From: Oscillospiraceae bacterium
GTDB lineage: Bacteria; Bacillota; Clostridia; Oscillospirales; Ruminococcaceae
Length of the DNA stretch: 36,973 nucleotides
Direction of reading: 5' to 3'
Assembly: GCA_017828835.1 (NCBI GenBank)
Contig: JAGAEK010000066.1
Span: forward strand, 1-36,973
Shown: positions 7,541 to 16,500 of the stretch, in pieces
Position numbering within the stretch: the stretch's first letter is position 1
How the letters are laid out: each line of letters begins with the position of its first letter
Made by a program: the position numbers and the translations under genes
Notes under the pieces: generated by a model
What the model saw: only the letters and a program-made list of their open reading frames with translations
What the model was told of the DNA's origin: nothing
The model's database searches: none

Positions 7541-10500
7541 TCAGGCAAAACGTCTCTTTCTCGCTACGACCAAGACAAATCCGGCGACAGCCGCGAGTAT
7601 AATCATTTTTGTCGGGAATATCGCTCTGTCAGATGTCGGAGGATTCTCGTGCGGCGGTTTCCATGTGTTCGTTACTTTTGTGCCGCTTATCGATGTCTTG
7701 TATCCGACTACCTCGTCTTCGGTTATCGTATATTCGATTTCAACACCGTCTTTGTACTTGTCGAGACCTTCAAATTTGAACGTCCATCCAGTCGCTGCCG
7801 TTACTACGACGTGATCGATCTCAACGCCGTCGGCATAGAGTCTGATAGTGATGCTTGCGGGTCTCTGGTTTTCCTTATCCGTCTCTCCGGCCCAGATCTT
7901 GACACCGTCAAGCTGTATCTTTTCGGGTTCGTGAGTATTGGTAAGAGTCGTGACCGTATCGTTTGCCACATTTCCGGTAAGAGTGTAAGTGTTGGGCAGA
8001 TCTACTTCTTCCCAAGTGTATACGATCTCAATTCCGCCGTCTTTGTACTTAGGCAGATTCTCGATCGTTGCAGTCCAGTCGTTATCTTCGTTGAGCACCG
8101 TAGGATCGCCGTATGCTTCGCCGTCAGCCTTAAGTTGTACGGTCAGGTAATCGGGTCTTGCTCCGTCATTGTCATCATCATCGTCCCAAACTTTGATAAC
8201 AGTCGCTTCGGTCTCCGCCGGCGTGTGCGGGTTGATGATAAGGAATCCTTCTTTAGGTGTTCCGTTAATCGTGATGCCATATCCTTCGGGGATATCTATC
8301 TCATCGATCGTGTAAACGATTTCCACTCCGGCCGCCTTCTCGGGCAGATCATTCCAGGTGTACTTCCACTCGTTTTCTTCATTCAGCTCTATCGGCTCTC
8401 CGTAAGGATCATCGTTTGCCAAAAGCTGTACGTGTATCGACTGCGGTCTGATGCCGTCACGGTTGTCATCATCACGCCACTGTTTTTCGACGCAGATCGA
8501 AATCTTGCCGGGTTCGTGAGTATTGGTAAGTGTCGTGATCGTTCCGTTTACCGTGTTGCCTGTAAGAGTATATGTGGCGGGCAGATCTAACTCTTCCCAG
8601 GTATATATGATCTCTGTGCCGCCGTCTTTGTACTTAGGCAGATTCTCGATCGTTGCGGACCAGTCGTTATCTTCGTTGAGCACCGTAGGATCTCCGTACG
8701 CCGCACCGTCAGCCTTAAGCTGTACGGTCAGGTAATCGGGTCTTGCTCCGTCACGGTCTTCATCGTCGTTCCAGACTTTGACGACAGTCGCTTCGGTCTT
8801 TTCGATGTTGGTCACGTTATAACCGTTTATCACGGTCAAGTATCCGGAGACTGCTTCCTCTGTGATGGTGTATTCGATCTCGACGTATGCATCGTCAACG
8901 ATCTTATATACAGGCAGATTCGAGAAGCTCCAGCTCCAGTTCGTTTCCGGTGTAGCAACATAGAATTTTTCAGTGTCAACGCCGTCTGCAAGCAGGTGTA
9001 TCACGATGCTTTCAGGTCTGTTTTCGCCTTCGCCGTCAAGCCAGGTCTTTTCGCCTTCAATATTGGTGACGAGGGTGTTGGTGATCGTGAAGCCATCCAT
9101 GCTGTTGCCGCTTAAGGTACTTACGTATCCGGGAACTGCGTTTTCCGTCACAGTGTATTCGATCTCTTTCGTCGTGCTGCCGGTGCGGTACTTGGGCAGA
9201 TGCTCAAATACATAGCTCCAGTTGCCCGTCTCAAGGTCTGCGGATACGGATACGGTCTCTTTGAGCACACCGTCAGCGTACAGGTTGAGAATGATGCTTC
9301 CGGGACGGGTATTATCGTGGTTGTTGTTATCCTGCCAGAGTTTCTGTACGGGAATGTCTATATAAGTGTGGATATAAGTGTTGGTTACGTTATAGCCTTC
9401 AATGGTGGTCTCGTAACCGTAAACGACTTCTTCCTCGATGGAATATGTGATCTCACTGCCTGTGCTGTCGTACTTCGGCAGATTTGTGAAACTCCAACTC
9501 CAGTATCCGTTATCATCCGGGTATACGGTGAGTTCTTGGATCTGGGCGGTACCTTCCATCAGATAGATCGTGATGTGATCCGGACGGACGACCTCTGCAA
9601 CGTCTTCGTCTCCGACCCATTCTTTGTGGCCTTCGACGTCGACGACTGCGGGAGTGTTGGTGAAGGTTATCGTCGCATCTTCGCCATCTTCAACGGTCTC
9701 GGTACCGGTGCTCAAAGCGAGCGTCGGGATCGTGTTGTTTCCGGAGGCGGAACCGACCGTCTTGTTGGAAACGAGCGTGAATGAAGGAATGTAGTCGTTG
9801 CCGGTCTCCGTAACGGTGTACGTAGCGTTTTCGGGCAGGTTCGTGAACGTCGCGGTCTGGCCGTTCGTGAGCGAGAACTCTTCGTACCAGTTGCCGCCGG
9901 CAAGCGCCGTGAACGAATATTCGGTCGTTCCTATCGTGTAAATGTAGGTGACGCCGGGCTTCAGACCGTTGAACGATACGGCGAAGTTGAACGTTGTCGT
10001 ATCGCCCGCGGAGGCGCCTTCGAGCACCTTAACTACTTTGAATCCGCCTACGGGAGGATTGAATTTCGTGTTGGTGATGACCGCGGATACGGGCGTCTCT
10101 GCCGGCTGTCCGGCCTGGCCGGTGTAACTTACGTTGAAGCCTTCGACGTAAGCCTCTTCGACCTTGTACCAGAGAGGCAGCGGATCGCCGTTGTCATCGA
10201 CCGTGGGAAGGCCGGTTATGCTGACGGTCTCGTCTTTGCCGATCATCGTCGATCCGACGCCGTCGGTGAAGTGGACGTCGCCGTAAAGTCCGTTGATCTC
10301 TGTCGCGACTGTCTCGAACGTGCTGTCGGTGTAAAGCGTGACAGTCACGGAGAACTTGCGGGCGAGATCTTCGTCGGTAAGGATCGCTTCGCCGTCGGTG
10401 GTGAGCACCTTGGTAACCTCGAGACCGACCGTTACGGGAACGTCCTTGTGGTTTTCAACGGTTACCGTTACGCTCGCACCGTTTTCTTCGAGCGTTCCGG

Positions 10501-13500
10501 ACCCATTGGTGATAGTGGCCTCGAAGTCCTGCGTATCGGGCTCGGTAACCTCGTAGATGATACCCGCGGGGAGATTCAAAAGTGTGACGACGCCGTTGTT
10601 TTTGAGCGTTACGTCAGCTTCGCCGCCGATGAGCGTTACGTCTCCGTAAAGCGCGTCGGGTACTGGGTTTTCTTCAAGATCCGTCACGACGATGTGGAGA
10701 ACGAATTCCGTCTCATCGTCTTCGACGCCGGTCACTATTTTATTGAGAGTGATACTTACGTAATCGGGAACTACTTTTGTATTTGTGATCTTTACACCGT
10801 ATTTGCCGGTCTCGTATTCGACCAGTTTGTCGGCGGGTTCGGTTGTGATCGTACCGCCGGCGGTGTAGTGTATCGTTATGGGGTTCTCTATCGTGCAGTC
10901 GGATTCATAACCCGGCAGCGCGCTCTCCCAGAGATAGTACGTTCCGTCTACGTCGTAAACGTCGAACGTGTAGCTCCAGGTGCCGTCTTCGCGCTGGACC
11001 CACTTGTTGGGCTCGCTGGTGTAGCTAATGCTCTGCTCGGTCGGGGTTTCGGATTTTGTGGTACCATTTTCGCCGCTGGTCGCAGGTTCGATCACGAAAT
11101 CCGGGCTCGGTGAAGCGTTTATGAGATCCGAAGGAACCGGATCGGCCGGGAACGTCGGGACTGTAGGCGCGTCCTTCTGTGTAAAGTTGCCGGGCAGCGT
11201 CGTGTTGGTCGTGAACGTGCAGTAGTTCTTGTTGTTTTCGGGATGTGCGGAATCGAATCCGTCGTTGTGAAGGAGCGTACAACCGTGGAACATAAAGTAG
11301 CAGGACAAAGAGCCGCCCGTCATGCCCGGTGTAAAGCCCTCCGTCGGCCACTCGGCGCTTGCGTAGATCGTCGCCAGTTTCTTGCAGTCGCCGAACATAT
11401 AATACGCATTTGCCTGGTGGTTGGCGTCCGGCGTGTAGAAACCGGAGATATCGATCTCTTCCAGTTTTTCACAGCCGAAGAACATCATATAGAACGAACC
11501 GCCGCCGTATATCGTATCAGGTCCGCCTAAAATGAAGCCCTCCATGTTGCATGTCGTCAGATTGGAGCAGTTCCTGAACATCTCGTATGTCACCATAGTG
11601 TTGGGAGCATACGAACCGGAGAAGTCTACGGTCTGGAGACTGGAGCAATTTGCGAACATCCACTCGAATCCGGCGGTCGAATCGCCCCATTCATCGATCA
11701 CTCCGGAGAGGTTTCTGCCCGAAAGGTCGAATGAAGTCAGACTTGTGCAGCCATAGCACATCATCCAGAACGATTTGACCTTTGACAGCATATTGGCGCC
11801 TTCGGGCATCAGAATTGTCGTCAAACCGGAGCAGCCATTGAAAGTGGTCATAAAGTTTACCATGTTAGGCATGTAACAGTAAGACATATCAATGGATGTA
11901 AGAGCCTTGTCACCGTTAAAAGTGTCCTGGAGTGAAGAACAGTTATCCAGGCGGGTGGGCATAACAATCGTTTCCAGCGCTTTCATCCCACGGAACGCAC
12001 CCATGAATTGGTTAGTTATGCTTCTCATATCGTCCGGAAGTATCAGCGTCTTCAGTGCATCACATCCGATGATCAGCTGGAATACGTCCGTAACGTTTCT
12101 GGCATCTGCACCGTTGAAGTCGATTGTCACAAGATTCTTGCTACCAGTGAACATATCATACATCGTCGTGACTTTTGCCAGGTTCTTCGGGAATTTGATG
12201 CTGGTAACCTGGCAGTTGGTCCCGCCGTTGTAGAACATGTACGCCATGCTGGTAACGTTACTGAAATCGAGCATGCTGAAGTCGAGATCGCATTCAAGTT
12301 TGCAGGTATGGAACATACTTGCAAGAGTCGTCACGCTGGAGGTGTTCCAGTGAGTCATGTCAATGGATCTCAGGCCGCTGCACTCGAACATCCGGCTCAT
12401 ATCGGTTACGCTTGAGGTGTCCCACGTTACGATATCGGGAAGCTGCTGAACGGATGAGTATCTGAACATCCTGTGCATGGTCGTGACTTTGCTCGTGTCG
12501 AAGTCCATGCGGATCTCCGAGCAGTGCGATTGTTCGAACATCTGGGACATATCGGTCGTACGCGAAGATTTGATACCGCGCAGATCGAGCGTTCCGATCA
12601 TATAGGTGAGGGCTGCGAACATTTTGCTCGCGTTTTCCGGCAGGTAGACGTTAGGAGCGTCGGACCACCAAACGGCTTTATAGACAGAAATGTAGGTCAA
12701 TCCGCTGCCGCTTCCGGTAGTCGTATCATCAACATGAACGAGTTTGATGAAGATCCTGTAGTTGGTGGTGTCGTCGTCGATCCTTCTCCACTGTTCGAGT
12801 TTGAGGATCGTTTCTTCATCAAATACGTACTGGCTTGTCGAGGTGACCGCCGCGGCGATATCCGCCCACGATTCCTCAACCGACTGGTTCATCTGTTCCG
12901 CAGTGGGGATGTCTCTGTTGTTGTACTTTTCAAAAGATCTGATGTCGATCCTGACTTTTTGCGGCGAGTCGTCTATCGTCCTTTGGATCCTGAAGTTCTC
13001 CTGGATCAGACCGTGTTTTCCTGTTGCAGACCCATTATCAGGAATAGTCATGCCGTTGACGTACGTGGTCCATGCGTCGTAGTCGATCGTCGCTTCGGGA
13101 ATGTTGGGATTCGGCTTCGTGGTGTCGAGGTGGAGCGTCGGTGTGACGTTCGGAGTCTCTCCCTCTGCAAGTCCGACCCATTCTTTTATTATAGTAATGG
13201 TTCCCTTTTCGGGTTCGTTGGGTATCGGGAAGTAGTTTATATCACCGGAAACGGTGGTACTTGTAAGATACTCGTCGATGTATTCCTGTATAGTCTTGCC
13301 GTCGATGGTGATGTTGCCGTCGTTATCGACGATGACTGTGTGGTTCTTGTTATCGGGAATGACTCCTTCGGGAGCTTCAAGCTCTCTTAAGACGTACGTT
13401 CCGGGTACAAGGAATCTGAAGGTGAGAAGACCGTCGGAGCCGGAAGTCTGCTCGTCGTAGTAGTTCTCGCCGGTCAGTTTGAATTTTGCGCCGGAGATGG

Positions 13501-16500
13501 AATCGCCGGTAACGCTGTTGTACTTCCAGAGCGGGAGCTCATAGTACGGGGTGTTGACTATTACGTAATCGCCGTTTTCAAGCGGGTATATCGTGTTGCC
13601 GTCTTCGTCGACGTAGCTGATCGTTATATCGCCGTTGGCGTCGCATATTACCGTGAATACGGTGTCAAGCGGGAAGTAGTTCGCGTTGGTCGAAGTCTCG
13701 ACCATCTCGTAGGTACCTCTTTCAAGGTTCCTTATGTGGACGACGCCGTCGCCGCCTGACGATACGGGCATGTTGATTTCCGTAGAATAGTACGACGTAC
13801 CGTAGATCAGGAACGAAACGTTGAGAAGAGGCGTCGTATAGCTCTGGCCGACCACTTTACCGACTTTATCGAAGTCGAGGTCGCCGTGTACGCGCTCTCT
13901 GTTGCTGAGTACCCACGTCGCCGTGCCTTCGTCGTAGCCTATGACGAGCGTGCCGTACGGTTCAAGCGTGTAGGCGTCGTCAACGAGCTCACCGAAGATG
14001 ACGTTGCCGTTCTGGTCTATCGTGACCGTTATAGGCGTGTGGTCTTCGACGTAGTCGTCAACACCGTCAAGCTCCTGCAGCGTGTAAACTCCGCGCGGGA
14101 TGCTGCCGAAGTTGATGATGCCGAGACTGTTCGTCGTGTACGTGTAGTCGATGTAGTCTCCGTAATGGGAATCGCCCCACAGACGGAATACGATGCCGGG
14201 GATCGGAACGATCTCGCCGGTGGTCTCGTATACGTCGTAGTCGATCTTCAGGATTTTGATCTCAGCCATCTGGCGGAATGATATCCTGGTGTAATCCTGA
14301 TGGTTCAGAGACGGATCGGCAAATTCGGAATCGTGTCCGAACTTGACGGAATTAAACAGGAATATATTATTATATGCGGTGGGATTGATCGCTTCGCTTT
14401 CGATAGCGTCCGGCGCCTTCATGTAGACTATCGCGGTGAGGGCGCTTGAAGGATCGAGCACAAAATTGTCTCCCGTTTTTGTTTTACGTATATCTATAGC
14501 AAAAGCGTGTGCGTTTACAAGATTGGGATCGTTGGGACCGGATGCCTTTATCCATGTCTCGGCATTAGCGGCGAAGTTGTAATCAGCCGTGACGCCGAGG
14601 TCCTTTATCTGGAGGTTCTCTTTCGTTGAGTAATACAGGACCGGGTCGATGCCGTTCGCTTCGAGCACGGTGAAATCGAAGCCCTGGAGTATGCCGTGCC
14701 AGTCGGACACCGTGTCGTCGACCAGTACGTAGTTTTCAAGGGAGTCGAAAAGGATCATGTCCTTGACCCAGGTCGCCGCATCCGTGGCAAAATGGATCTT
14801 ATAGGAATATTCGCCGCCGCTTATCGTCGTGGTGGCGTAAACGTAGTCCTCGTCCTTTTCGGCCATGACCTTCTTGTACAGACCGAGATTTCCGGCAGTG
14901 AGCGCGACTATGTTGTGGCTGCACTGGGTGTAGATGAATTTGTTGGCGTTGGTATCGGGATCAAGATCCGTCATAAGCAAACGGTCGGTTATGTGACCGG
15001 AACCGCTGGCGGGACCTCCGTTGTCGGGATAACCGTCGCCGATATCTTCGTTGCCCGTCTCATAAGCAACACTGTTGAGAACGTAGTTGCCGAACTCGGC
15101 TATCGAGTCCCAGGAATGGTTGGTAGCGTAGTTAAAGCTGTAAGAGGTCTTTGCAGGCTCATAGATACTGATAATGAGCAAAGTACGGCCGCTGCCGAGG
15201 TAGTTGGACTGAGTCTCTACCGAATACTGGTTCTGATTCAGTCTCTTGGAGTCGGAATATACTACAAGAGAAGATTTGTCAAACGTTCCGCCGTAAGGAA
15301 GCAGGTCGTAGAACATACCGCTCTGCTGTTCGACGTAGACGCGTTTGCCGCCCTCGCTGAGATAGCTCTCGTTCATCGAGATCGACCACGTCAAAACGCA
15401 GCGCTGATTCAGCGGATCGTTCTTGAAACGCACCGATTTCGTGATAGCGCTCTGTCTCGAGATGCCTATAACGTAATCGACGCCGGATTTAGAAGCAGTC
15501 TTAACAGGCGTTCCGGTATTGTCGGCACCCTTATAGACCGCGGTGCTCGCGGTGTTGACTACTGCAAATTCGTTTTGGTTTTCGGTATATGCTCTTTCTA
15601 CTACAGTATCAACTTTTTCGCAACGGAGCAGCGTCACGTACGGCTTAGCGCCGAGCGTGGTGCGGTAGTGCTTATTCGACGCGACAAGGCGGTAACCGGT
15701 GCAGGTGTGATCACCGAATATGATTGTCTTGCCGCTCGCGGTAACATTGTGGCTCGTTCCGGCTTCGGTGGGGGTAAACGCTGCCGTCGCCGTTGCAAGC
15801 GAACCGACCGCTACCCATTCGTCGGTACCGAACTGGGCATATATGGTTATGGCTTCATTGGGCTCGTAGGTCACGGCCTTTGTTTTGAAGCTCTGAGTTG
15901 TCTCATCAAAGTAAGCGTCGAGCATCGTGTACGATACTACAACCTTATCAAAACGGTATTCGCCGGCATTGAGCTTTACGCTGCTGGACTCGCCGATAAG
16001 TCTGACGCCGATCCTGTTGTCGGTGAGCTCTACCGTCGCCGGTACCAAAAAATAGTTGTTCGGGTCAGTGTTTGTAAGCCCTTCAGGTACCGTCAGCGCA
16101 TAAGTCGTCGCCGCAGACGAGGTGTACCATGCCAGATTAGTGATCTCGTTGACCGATCCGGTGTGGTAAGGATCCAGGTCGAAGCTGCGGATATCTTCTG
16201 AATCGTATACGCGTTTGTCGTTGTAATCGTAGCCGTATTTATCAAACGACATGCCTACGCCGCTGCCCGGATGGAATACGGGATGCTCATAAGCCCAGCG
16301 TTTCGTTGCGTCGGCGTTGGAATCGCGGTCGACTCCGTCCAGAGGATGAACGTTTCCGTACGCCTTGTTGGTGAAGGAGTACGTCGGCTGCTCATCGTAC
16401 GTAGCTTTCAGATGTCTCGTTATGACGTTGTCGTAACGGCCGTTCGGATAACTGGTGGTCTGGTTGTATACCTTACCGCAATTTGTGTCGGACGTGGGCC

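Noticed and set aside
7661-9645. A CRISPR array or non-coding tandem repeat, as an explanation for the periodic DNA similarity
   Set aside because: The repeats are about 260-300 bp, in frame, and encode Cna-B domains. There are no short 25-40 bp direct repeats with unique spacers anywhere in the window, and no cas genes.
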